From Candidatus Heimdallarchaeota archaeon (GTDB lineage: Archaea > Asgardarchaeota > Heimdallarchaeia > Heimdallarchaeales > Heimdallarchaeaceae), in the NCBI GenBank assembly GCA_030668825.1, contig DAOVET010000001.1, positions 9,699 to 73,698 of the forward strand: a DNA stretch of 64,000 bases, given 5' to 3'. The position numbers and the translations under genes are program-made. The notes beneath the pieces were generated by a model. It ran no database searches. It was given only the letters and a program-made list of their open reading frames with translations, and was not told the origin of the DNA. Of this stretch, positions 20,023 to 29,145 are shown in pieces (the first letter of the stretch is position 1; the number at the start of each line of letters is the position of its first letter).

Positions 20023-21321
20023 TTACTTTTCTTCTTGTTTTAATTTGAAGTTGAATTTTGCTATAAATCCACCTGTGTTATTAGTGGTTATAGGATCAAG
20101 ATAAACTGAAGATTTAACGAGCTCTTTCTCAATTTCTTTGTAAATTTCCAGAGGAGCTCTTGAACTAATTTTTTTCTGTTGTTTTAATTTTCTTATTTCT
20201 TCAGGGAATTCTTGATTTTCGTAATATGCTTTTTGCAAGGTGTTTTGGAAGATCTCTTCATTCTCAAGATGATCAATCGAATGTGTAACATATGTTACTG
20301 AAGCTTGTCCATGAGTACTCCTATAAAGTTCAGAAATTAGTTTTTGTTGCTTTTTAGTGAATTGTTTCAATCTGTCTAAACTTAAATTTGATGAAAAAAC
20401 AGGAATTACAGCTGTTCGAGAGTTTTGTGGTTCAACAAAGAATGATGTATACTTTATCTCAGGCATTTCTCTGACAAAACTAAGAAAAGGTCTATGAATA
20501 ATTCTAATTGCTTTATTCTTTGTTCGTGCAATATTCTTATTCAAAACTTTTGTATGCATTTTATTTGTTGCTAAAACAGTTATTGGAACTTTATTTCTAG
20601 TTAGCTCAGCAATATAATTTGCAACATCCCCTTTGTCAGTAGACATTACCAAGATATTGTCATTAGCTTCAAAATTCATAGACTTAACACCTATTGCTTG
20701 AGTTGGTGACAATATGCTAAAAAAACCTCTTCTATACTCCTTTAGTTCAGTTATTGGAGGAGCATATGCTAATGATTCAGTAACCTTTACAACAGTTTCT
20801 TGAAATCGCTTATTTATTTCACTGCTTTTTAACTGAGTTTTACCAACTGCTAGAATATTATTCACATAATCCGCAATACACACTGTTTCCCCTGGATCAA
20901 AATCGTCGTGATTCATAATATTCGCAGTTTGAACATCTCTACCTAATGCAATACCTGTGGTAGATTCATGATCTACTCTTATTATAGGTAATTTTCTAGA
21001 ATACTCTGTTAATTCTCCTTTCTGAACTTCAATTTCTATAAAATCATCAAAAATAGGATGCTTGCGAGTAATATTACCCATTTCTTCAAAGATGTCAAAG
21101 AGCGTGTCGTAATCGATCTTTCTTGTATTTACTTGAACCCACATCGAATTGTAAGGTAATCTAAGACCATCTAATAATTCCAATGTCTGATTTAAACCGA
21201 AAGTTTCAAGCCAATGATTCAGTAGACTAGCTGGATATTGGAATCTTTTCATTAAATCGGCTGATAGCAGATCATTTTCTTTGAAGTTCTCTGAAGAATT
21301 CATTATGACATAGAATTTCAA
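20023..21321 (-). CDS. NOL1/NOP2/Sun-family homologue with PUA-like insert; predicted catalytically inactive
   Basis: N-terminal RFQYPASLLNHWLETFG...VQVNTRKIDYDTL (RsmB/F-N-like) and a PUA-like segment. The MTase-fold region aligns, but motif I reads VMSTDKGDVA, motif IV reads VEPQNS, and motif VI reads YVTHSIDHLENEE. Confidence 0.6.
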   Translation of the reverse strand: MKFYVIMNSSENFKENDLLSADLMKRFQYPASLLNHWLETFGLNQTLELLDGLRLPYNSMWVQVNTRKIDYDTLFDIFEEMGNITRKHPIFDDFIEIEVQKGELTEYSRKLPIIRVDHESTTGIALGRDVQTANIMNHDDFDPGETVCIADYVNNILAVGKTQLKSSEINKRFQETVVKVTESLAYAPPITELKEYRRGFFSILSPTQAIGVKSMNFEANDNILVMSTDKGDVANYIAELTRNKVPITVLATNKMHTKVLNKNIARTKNKAIRIIHRPFLSFVREMPEIKYTSFFVEPQNSRTAVIPVFSSNLSLDRLKQFTKKQQKLISELYRSTHGQASVTYVTHSIDHLENEEIFQNTLQKAYYENQEFPEEIRKLKQQKKISSRAPLEIYKEIEKELVKSSVYLDPITTNNTGGFIAKFNFKLKQEEK

Positions 21322-21420
21322 AATTTAAGCTTTAAGAATATTATCAAAATAGTGTTACTTTTTATCTCCAAAACACAAAATTGAAAAAAGAACTAATAAA
21401 GTCAAGTTAGAGGTTAATAG

Positions 21421-21930
21421 ATGGAGCAATCTGTTACTGTACGGTTAGCTGAATTAAGTGATATTAATGACATCATTAAGATCAATAGGCTCTGTCTTCC
21501 AGAAAACTATTCCTTTGATTTCTTTTATCGTATTCTTTCAGAATTCGGTTTTGCATGTGTTGTTGGAGAAATAGACGGACAAGTTATGGGTTATGCGCTT
21601 TCCAGACTGGAAAGACCTTTTTCCACTTTCATAGGTTTAAGCTCATCTAAAGGTCATGTGATTTCGATTGCAGTTATTCCTGGTCTTAGAAAGAAAGGTT
21701 TTGGGACTCAAATTATGAAATATGGAATGCAAAAACTAATCGAACATGGTGTGGATACAATCTACTTAGAAGTTCGAGTGTCTAATATAGCAGCAGTTGA
21801 GATGTATAAGAAATTAGGCTTTTATATCAAAAGGGAGTTCAAACAGTATTATAGGGATGGAGAATCAGCTTTTGTGATGGAATGGGGAAGAAAACAAGAA
21901 GCTGAAGAAGCTGAAGAAGCTGAAGCTTAA
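21421..21930 (+). CDS. N-alpha-acetyltransferase (Ard1/Naa10/RimI type)
   Basis: LPENYSFDFFY, acetyl-CoA site RKKGFGTQIM, and LEVRVSNIAAVEMYKKLGF. Confidence 0.85.
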   Translation: MEQSVTVRLAELSDINDIIKINRLCLPENYSFDFFYRILSEFGFACVVGEIDGQVMGYALSRLERPFSTFIGLSSSKGHVISIAVIPGLRKKGFGTQIMKYGMQKLIEHGVDTIYLEVRVSNIAAVEMYKKLGFYIKREFKQYYRDGESAFVMEWGRKQEAEEAEEAEA

Positions 21931-22025
21931 TTCTTTTTTTATTGTTTTCTATGTAATAATGATATATGATGAGTTGTTGTCATCTTGTCATACTAGACAA
22001 GAATAGATTGCTTCTTTCGCAGAGG

Positions 22026-23280
22026 TCATAGTAAATTTTCTATACTCACTCTACGAGGATACATCACGTATCCTCCTACCCCGTTCACACGACTTTTAGG
22101 TAGTGCTTTCGGATCGCTTTTAACTAAAATATTATACGCAGCATTCACATCAGCATTGATTAAAAATCCTTGAGCAGACTTGAACAACCCTCGGGTGACT
22201 CTTCTCCCTGCATAAGTTGTTCTAAATTCAGGGAACTCATTATCAAGGAAACTACATTTGGAAGTGTATTTCTCAGGAATGAGTTCAACCTTTATTCCTC
22301 TCTCCGCAGCTTTGTACTTTAGCATATTGATGATTCGCATATAGGGGATTGAGACAAACATTTGGGTGATTTTTTTCCAAAAATGCACTCGTTGTTTCCA
22401 TTTTTCATTGTAGCCAATAATCACTTCTTGGAGACCACGTTCTACCCACATGTTGACCAAAAAACTAGTCAACTTGTGAATGGAATCTTTGAGTTTTTTT
22501 CTCCACTTCTCCCGTAAGTTATAGAAAGCAGGTCCATAATTCAATCTGTTTTTAACTTTCAGCTGTTGTTTTTGCTGTTGCACATATTGTTCTCGTAATT
22601 GTGTCTGTTTTTTCAAGTAAAATTGCGTAATAGATTTTATTCCTTTCCCCTCGTCCTTGATAACAATCGGTTGACCTCCGAGGTTATCCACAAAGGTAGC
22701 GAGGTTATACATCCCTAAATCGATAGCTCCTTTTCTCTTAGCTCGTTTACTGGGTTTAGGTAAGGTTTTAAGATACACTAGTTCTATTGTATATCCTACT
22801 CTTCGGGGAACAATTCTCACTTCTCTCAATTTCATTCTAGCCGTTAATCTTGTCTTGTGGTAATACCCTACTTTCCTTGGAAGAACTAGCCACCCATTTT
22901 GTATTCTTGCTTGTTGGTTGGTAAAGATTGCTGCAACTTCCCCATCTTTAGCCTTATATCCTGGAGGATGTGGTATGGCAAAAAATGCAGCAGGTTTAAT
23001 CTTCCACTCTTTCATCGCTTGGAAATATCCTTTCCAGTTTCTACAGAGAAGTTTGAGTGTGTGTTGAGCGGTCTGAGCAGGGAGAAATTTGTAACATTCC
23101 TCCTCTTTGAGGAGGGTGTTAAGATCGTAATAGTAAAGAAGCTTATTTTCTCTTTTTAGTGAGTTTTTAACCAAATAATTTGCTCGATGTATAGAGATTT
23201 TTCACTTGATGGCAGAGTTTGCTTAACGCTTGATGATATTTTACTTCTATACATTCAATTCGTAAACCTTGTACCATCAT
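22026..23280 (-). pseudogene. tnpB: TnpB (IS200/IS605 OrfB, RuvC-like RNA-guided nuclease) with one N-terminal frameshift
   Basis: The main ORF 22026-23174 starts at TTG. The missing N-terminus (MMVQGLRIECIEVKYHQALSKLCHQVKNLY...) is read from ATG 23280 in another frame and stops at 23167-23169. Both parts align to the intact paralogue at 32450-33706. Confidence 0.65.
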
Positions 23281-23370
23281 TCTTTTGGCAAGCTTTTGCT
23301 ATAAAAACTCCAGTAATATTTGTTCTGAAGTGTCTTTCAAAGTGATTCTTTGTGCGCTTAATATGACAGT

Positions 23371-26300
23371 ATGTTAAAAACATTTTATAATGAAATAAAT
23401 ATTGTAGAAATAATCAAAATGACTCTCCATTACTTAGATGAACCTTCTTCCTCAGCTGATATTTATTCCTTCTTAGCTGATGAAATTAAAGATTGGTTTA
23501 CATCTAAGTTTCCTGGAGGGTTCACTCTTCCTCAGCTTTATGCTATACCTTCTATTCATAATAGAAAAAACACACTAGTATTCAGCTCTACAGGATCAGG
23601 TAAAACCTTTGCAGCTTTCCTTTCAGCAATAAATGAACTGTTTATAGAAGCAAAGGAAGGTAATCTAAAGGATGAGATTTATGTTTTATATATCTCTCCA
23701 CTTAAAGCTCTTGGGAATGATATCAGAAAAAATCTCGAAGAGCCATTACAAGGAATCCAAGAGTTAGCAGCTTCAAATAATCTAGTAACACCTAAGATAA
23801 GAGTAGGTGTGAGAACTGGGGATACAACTCAAGCAGAAAGAACTAGAATGCTCAAAACCCCACCCCATATTCTAATAACTACTCCTGAAAGCTTAGGACT
23901 TATACTAACATCTCCAAAGTTTTCATTGCACTTAAAGAGTATTCGTTGGTTGGTTCTGGATGAAATTCATGAAGTTAGTTCGAATAAAAGAGGAGTAATG
24001 CTTTCACTCTTTCTTTCTTATCTACAGCAAGAAGTTGCAGAAAGAGAAATCACTAGAATTGGCCTGTCTGCAACTCAAGCTCCCATAGAGGAGATTGCTA
24101 GATTTTTAGTGGGAAGCAAAGATGGCTCTCAAGAAGAAGATTGCTATATAGCCAATCTCCCACCGCAGAGGAAACTAGACTTGGAAGTAAAAAGTCCAGT
24201 AAATGATATGCTCCATACTCCTTACGTTATTATTCAAGAAGGAATATACGCTATCTTAGCTGATTTAATCTTAGATCACGAAACATCTATAGTTTTCACA
24301 AACACACGAAGAGGGGCCGAGAATGTAGCGTTTCGATTAAAGGAATATCTTGGGGAAGAGTATGCTTCTTCAATTGCTGTTCATCACTCTAGCCTTTCTA
24401 GAGAAATCCGCTTAGATGTTGAAGATAGATTGAAGAATAATGAATTACTTGCAGCAATAACTTCAACCTCTCTTGAATTAGGTATAGACATAGGAAGTGT
24501 AGAACTTGTATCTCAAATTGGGTCACCAAAGACTGTTGCAAAGTATTTGCAGAGAGTTGGACGAAGTGGTCATTCCCTAGATAGAATAGCAAAGGGGCGA
24601 CTAATTACAACTGATAGAGATGACGCAATTGAATGTGCAGTTCTTACCAAAAGTGCTTATAGCCGAGAGATAGATAAAGTTCAAATTCCTATCAACTGTT
24701 TAGATGTTCTTGCTCAATTTATTGTGGGCATATCTCTTATGAAGAGATGGGGTGTTGAAGAAGCATTTGACATGATAAGAAAATCATACAACTACAAGAC
24801 TCTTGATTTTGATGATTATATTAACGTACTAGAATATCTGGGAGGGTACAATCTAGATGTAGAAGAGAGAAAAATCTATAGAAAAATATGGTATGATGAT
24901 AAAGAAAAAGCATTTGGGAAGAAAAGAGGTTCTAGATTGGTTTTTTACACTAATATAGGAACCATCCCAGAAAATGCAGATTATCGAGTAGAATTAGAAA
25001 CTTATAGAACAAGAATAGGTGTTCTTTCTGAAAGTTTCGTTGAACGATTGACACCAGGGGATATTTTCGTATTAGGTAGTCATACCTACCAGTTTAGAAG
25101 AACAGTGGGTTCCAGAGTTGTTGTAGCTGAAGCTTTTGGAAGGAGACCCACTATACCTAATTGGGTTGGTGAAGAACTCCCTAGATCTTTTGAATTATCG
25201 CAACAGATTGGGAGATTCATTGATGCTGTTTCAAAGAAAATACAGAAAGAAGATGAAAGTCAAGTAAGAGATTGGATTGAAAGATCATTTCAAGTAGACG
25301 ATATTATTTCGAAATCAATTGTTGAATATGTTAAGGAACAGATGATGTTTCTCAATGTTACTCCGAGTGACAAAAAACTATTGATAGAATCTTATATTGA
25401 TCCACAAGGTAGAATGGTTTTAGTTTTTCATGCCTATTATGGTAGGAGGGTAAATGATGCATTATCAAGGGCTTATGCGTATACTATAGGAAAAGCTATT
25501 GGTTCTGACATAGGATCAGCTGTTAATGATAACGGTTTCTTGTTAATGCTTCCTATAGACAAAATAATAGACACTTCCATTGTTCCTGAACTATTGTCTG
25601 CTGTAAATCTAGAAGAGATTCTTAAACAAGCGATAATTAACACAGAATTGTTTGTTAACAGATTCCGTCATGTAGCAAATAGAGCATTTATGGTTCTAAG
25701 AAGAAGTGGTGAAAAACATATTTCTGTATCTAGACAAAGCATGTATGCTAAAAGAATATTCTCAACGCTTCGGGACCAGGACAGTTTTTGTGTAATAAAG
25801 GAAACTTATCGGGAGATATTAAAAGATTACATGGATCTGGTAAATTGTTTAATAGTTTTATCAAAATTGCAAAAAGGTGAATTTGAGTATCACATCACTC
25901 CCTTGTCAGATATCCCTAGTCCATTTGCTCATGGAATAGTTCTAATGGGTATTTCAGATATAGTCCAGATTTCAGATAGAAGTGCTTTATTAAGAGAGCT
26001 ACATCAACAGGTTCTGGCGAAAGTTTTTGGTAAGGAAGGATCTAAAGAAATATTATTTAACACTGAATTAGTTGAGAGGATTTTCAATAATCGAAGCTAT
26101 AAGAACACTGATCTCCCCATTTCTTCTCTCAAGCAATTGAAGAGCGCTGTAAAAGCTTTAGCACCAATTAAAACAACAGATAGTGTGAATCCAAGCATCT
26201 ATCATCACAGTATTAATGATGCAAAACAGATAAGAGCATGGTCTTTGGCTTTACACAATAATCGGGAATTAATAGAAGTTCATATTGCTAAAGGAGATAG

Positions 26301-29145
26301 AAGATCTATACCGATTACAGATTTTCAGTTATTTTGGAATCTTTATCTTAAATCAATTGAGAAAACTGAATTTGATGAGAAAATTCTGAAACTAATTAAT
26401 GATATTCATCCTATTTCTCTTAACAAAATCGCAGAAGAACTTAAGGAAGAAACAAGAACTGTTCAGATACATCTAGAAAAATTAGAAAGAGCTATGTTAA
26501 TAGCTCGTGTTGAATATGAGCTATATGGTGGGAGAATTCGATCAAAATATGCACCAATAAGTGAAGTTGTTCCAGAACCTCTACTTAGAGAAGCAAAAAA
26601 GCTTGATCCTGAAGAATGTTTAAAGAAGATTATCCTTCGTTTCTTAAAGGTACATGGACCTTCTACTATACATCAAATAGCCGATTATTTGAGAATCGAA
26701 GAGGAGAAACTTGTACGAGCTTTGGCTGAACTTGAACAGAAAAATCGAGTACTAAAAGGAAGAATTACTGAATCGTCCACTGACCTTCAATATATTCGTT
26801 TAGAAGATAGAGAATTACTTCGGAATCTCAGTAATCGAAAACCAGATTCGATAATATTAACACCTGAAGATTTAAACTATATGCATTATAATTTCGCAGT
26901 TGAGAGCATATTTGATGAGAATTTACAGGGAAAAGAGAGTGTTCTTAATCTCCTGAATCGCTTTGGCTCAATTGAGGATTTAAGTTCATTATCTGTTAGA
27001 ATAAATGACTTTGATCTTGATTGGATAAGAGATTTAATTGAAAAAAATGAACTTATCAAGGGAAGATTCAGTCACAAGAGATTATCTTTTGTAAGCAGAG
27101 AAATGTTTCCATACTATTATGTTGCTTATAGAGAACCATTTAATCTCTCTAGAGCTGACGAAAAAATACTCTCAACAATAAGAAAGTATGGACCACTAAC
27201 AAAGAGAGAAATTATAGAATTTACGGAAATGGATGGAGATATAATTCAAGAAAGCTTGACGATACTTGATAAAACACTGTATTTAGTTCGAAAATCAGTA
27301 TCTCAAGAGTCTTTTATTCCTAAACAATTTGTTCCTAATGTTTATGAAATATCTGAACGATATTTTGCTGTAGATAAACTTCCTTCATTTGAAAAGAGTC
27401 AAGAGTTTATTCTTTTGCAAGCTATTGAATCTCTAGGCCCTGTATCTTTGGTAGAGTTAACCCATCTAATTGGCTTCAGATATAGTAATATCGAGAAATT
27501 GATTAAGATTCTGTTAAGCAAAAAGAAAATTATTGAGAGAAAACTAACTGAAAGAGAAACTAATTACTATATGACACCTGAGAGATTCAAAGATATTGGT
27601 CAGATAAAAGACAATCTGATAAACATGGCATTGAAGGAGGATGAAAGAATAGTAATACTTCCTAAAAATGATCCCTTCACTAGATTAGGGATGCGCTTAC
27701 ATTTACGTGATATTTATGGGGAAGGACAAATTGATCCCATTTTACTAGATGGTGAGATGGTAGGATCAGTTGAATATAAACTTCATAGAGGACAATATTT
27801 ACAGATTTATGACTTAAAACTAAAAGATGAAGTAGCTTTTCATTCAATCACACTTCAGAAAATTGCATCCGAGTTAGTTTCCTATACCAGAAAGATTCAT
27901 AGAGTCTTGAGTCTTCAGATAGAAGATATTAACGGGAAATCAGTTCTCTCTAAAAGCAACAATTTCATAAAAACAACTTTGGTAAAAACGGGTTTCAAAC
28001 TAATAAAAGATACTTTAGTAGGTGGAGATACGGTAACCAAAGTATTTCCAGAGAGAGTCATAAATAAGTACATTATGGAGTCTTTGTGGTTAAAGAAAAA
28101 AACACCTTCCTTAACTGTAGAAATACTTCTACAGATGATCAACCACTTCAGTTTTATCAGCATAAGAGAGATTCTTTCAAGATTCCCCGAAAATATGTCC
28201 TCAATTATAGTCTATCTTCTGAATAATCTTCTTGAAGACAAAGAAGTTATTTGTCAAGGAAATGTATTCCTATCACTAGATTTTGCTCTCTATAAGAAGA
28301 GTGGTTTAAGAAGAAGAAAAAGAATGAATACTGAAATTGAGGAAACCTATAGGAATATTCAGAAAGGAAGTACTAATCAGGTAGAGTTATCCAAAAAATG
28401 GAAAGGGGCCACTTCATCATTAAAATCTGCTTTAAGTACTCTTGAAGAAAATATGAAAATTGGAGTAAGATCATTAAACAATCTATTTGAACCTCAGGAC
28501 TATTGGGATATAGAACCCTTCTTAGTTGAACTGAAAAAAGATATTGCTGAGATAAGGAAAGAATATATTTTTGATATTTTATGTGGTTTAGGTGTTGCTA
28601 CAGAAGATCATATTGCTGAAAGAGGAGTTATTCCAGGAGTTTTAACCAAGATAAGAATCAAGGAAGTTCTAGCAGCTCTAATTGATGAAGATAAAATTTA
28701 TGGTGGTAGATTTGTTGAAAATGATTTACAATTTTATTATATATCAACAGAAGATTATAACAAACTTCTCAAACTAGAAAAGAAAGAAGAATCTAAAGTT
28801 GATTATTCTCCCAAAGAAGTTAGAGAAAGATATTACTTGTTATATCCAAAAGATTTAGCTATTAACATTCTCAGAAATCAATTACCTGCGCATTTTGATG
28901 TTTCAACAAATAATTACATGGTCGTTTTAAACCAGAAAGTAGCTGCACAATGCTATACTGAACAACTAAATCAGAGAACACTTGCGATCAAGAATCTTCT
29001 ACTTGCACCTTGGATACATTCTGAGAGTTCATTGAACTATGTAGTAAATGCTATTGAAGACATTCCCTCTTTCGATAATCTTGAAATCAAATCCTTAGTT
29101 GTTGAAAAGATAAATGGGATTCCAGCAAAAACATTGGTGAAATAA
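23371..29145 (+). CDS. lhr: Lhr-family superfamily-2 helicase with ~1000-aa C-terminal extension containing winged-helix and AlkZ/YcaQ-like module(s)
   Basis: Motif I STGSGKTF, motif II LVLDEIHE, motif III GLSATQ, motif VI QRVGRSGH, followed by a DEAD_assoc-like region. The CTD contains IVILPKNDPFTRLG...ILLDGEMVGSVEYKLHRGQYLQIYDLKL. The true start may be the second ATG at 23419. Confidence 0.85.
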   Translation: MLKTFYNEINIVEIIKMTLHYLDEPSSSADIYSFLADEIKDWFTSKFPGGFTLPQLYAIPSIHNRKNTLVFSSTGSGKTFAAFLSAINELFIEAKEGNLKDEIYVLYISPLKALGNDIRKNLEEPLQGIQELAASNNLVTPKIRVGVRTGDTTQAERTRMLKTPPHILITTPESLGLILTSPKFSLHLKSIRWLVLDEIHEVSSNKRGVMLSLFLSYLQQEVAEREITRIGLSATQAPIEEIARFLVGSKDGSQEEDCYIANLPPQRKLDLEVKSPVNDMLHTPYVIIQEGIYAILADLILDHETSIVFTNTRRGAENVAFRLKEYLGEEYASSIAVHHSSLSREIRLDVEDRLKNNELLAAITSTSLELGIDIGSVELVSQIGSPKTVAKYLQRVGRSGHSLDRIAKGRLITTDRDDAIECAVLTKSAYSREIDKVQIPINCLDVLAQFIVGISLMKRWGVEEAFDMIRKSYNYKTLDFDDYINVLEYLGGYNLDVEERKIYRKIWYDDKEKAFGKKRGSRLVFYTNIGTIPENADYRVELETYRTRIGVLSESFVERLTPGDIFVLGSHTYQFRRTVGSRVVVAEAFGRRPTIPNWVGEELPRSFELSQQIGRFIDAVSKKIQKEDESQVRDWIERSFQVDDIISKSIVEYVKEQMMFLNVTPSDKKLLIESYIDPQGRMVLVFHAYYGRRVNDALSRAYAYTIGKAIGSDIGSAVNDNGFLLMLPIDKIIDTSIVPELLSAVNLEEILKQAIINTELFVNRFRHVANRAFMVLRRSGEKHISVSRQSMYAKRIFSTLRDQDSFCVIKETYREILKDYMDLVNCLIVLSKLQKGEFEYHITPLSDIPSPFAHGIVLMGISDIVQISDRSALLRELHQQVLAKVFGKEGSKEILFNTELVERIFNNRSYKNTDLPISSLKQLKSAVKALAPIKTTDSVNPSIYHHSINDAKQIRAWSLALHNNRELIEVHIAKGDRRSIPITDFQLFWNLYLKSIEKTEFDEKILKLINDIHPISLNKIAEELKEETRTVQIHLEKLERAMLIARVEYELYGGRIRSKYAPISEVVPEPLLREAKKLDPEECLKKIILRFLKVHGPSTIHQIADYLRIEEEKLVRALAELEQKNRVLKGRITESSTDLQYIRLEDRELLRNLSNRKPDSIILTPEDLNYMHYNFAVESIFDENLQGKESVLNLLNRFGSIEDLSSLSVRINDFDLDWIRDLIEKNELIKGRFSHKRLSFVSREMFPYYYVAYREPFNLSRADEKILSTIRKYGPLTKREIIEFTEMDGDIIQESLTILDKTLYLVRKSVSQESFIPKQFVPNVYEISERYFAVDKLPSFEKSQEFILLQAIESLGPVSLVELTHLIGFRYSNIEKLIKILLSKKKIIERKLTERETNYYMTPERFKDIGQIKDNLINMALKEDERIVILPKNDPFTRLGMRLHLRDIYGEGQIDPILLDGEMVGSVEYKLHRGQYLQIYDLKLKDEVAFHSITLQKIASELVSYTRKIHRVLSLQIEDINGKSVLSKSNNFIKTTLVKTGFKLIKDTLVGGDTVTKVFPERVINKYIMESLWLKKKTPSLTVEILLQMINHFSFISIREILSRFPENMSSIIVYLLNNLLEDKEVICQGNVFLSLDFALYKKSGLRRRKRMNTEIEETYRNIQKGSTNQVELSKKWKGATSSLKSALSTLEENMKIGVRSLNNLFEPQDYWDIEPFLVELKKDIAEIRKEYIFDILCGLGVATEDHIAERGVIPGVLTKIRIKEVLAALIDEDKIYGGRFVENDLQFYYISTEDYNKLLKLEKKEESKVDYSPKEVRERYYLLYPKDLAINILRNQLPAHFDVSTNNYMVVLNQKVAAQCYTEQLNQRTLAIKNLLLAPWIHSESSLNYVVNAIEDIPSFDNLEIKSLVVEKINGIPAKTLVK

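Noticed and set aside
21898-21924. Three tandem copies of GAAGCTGAA at the 3' end of the acetyltransferase gene
   Set aside because: This is a simple in-frame microsatellite that encodes the acidic tail EAEEAEEAE. No further structure or significance is apparent.
21966-21972. ATGATGA (C-box-like) downstream of the acetyltransferase gene and TnpB copy 1
   Set aside because: No CTGA D box occurs at a suitable distance on that strand, and there are no terminal stems. A heptamer of this kind is expected by chance in AT-rich DNA.
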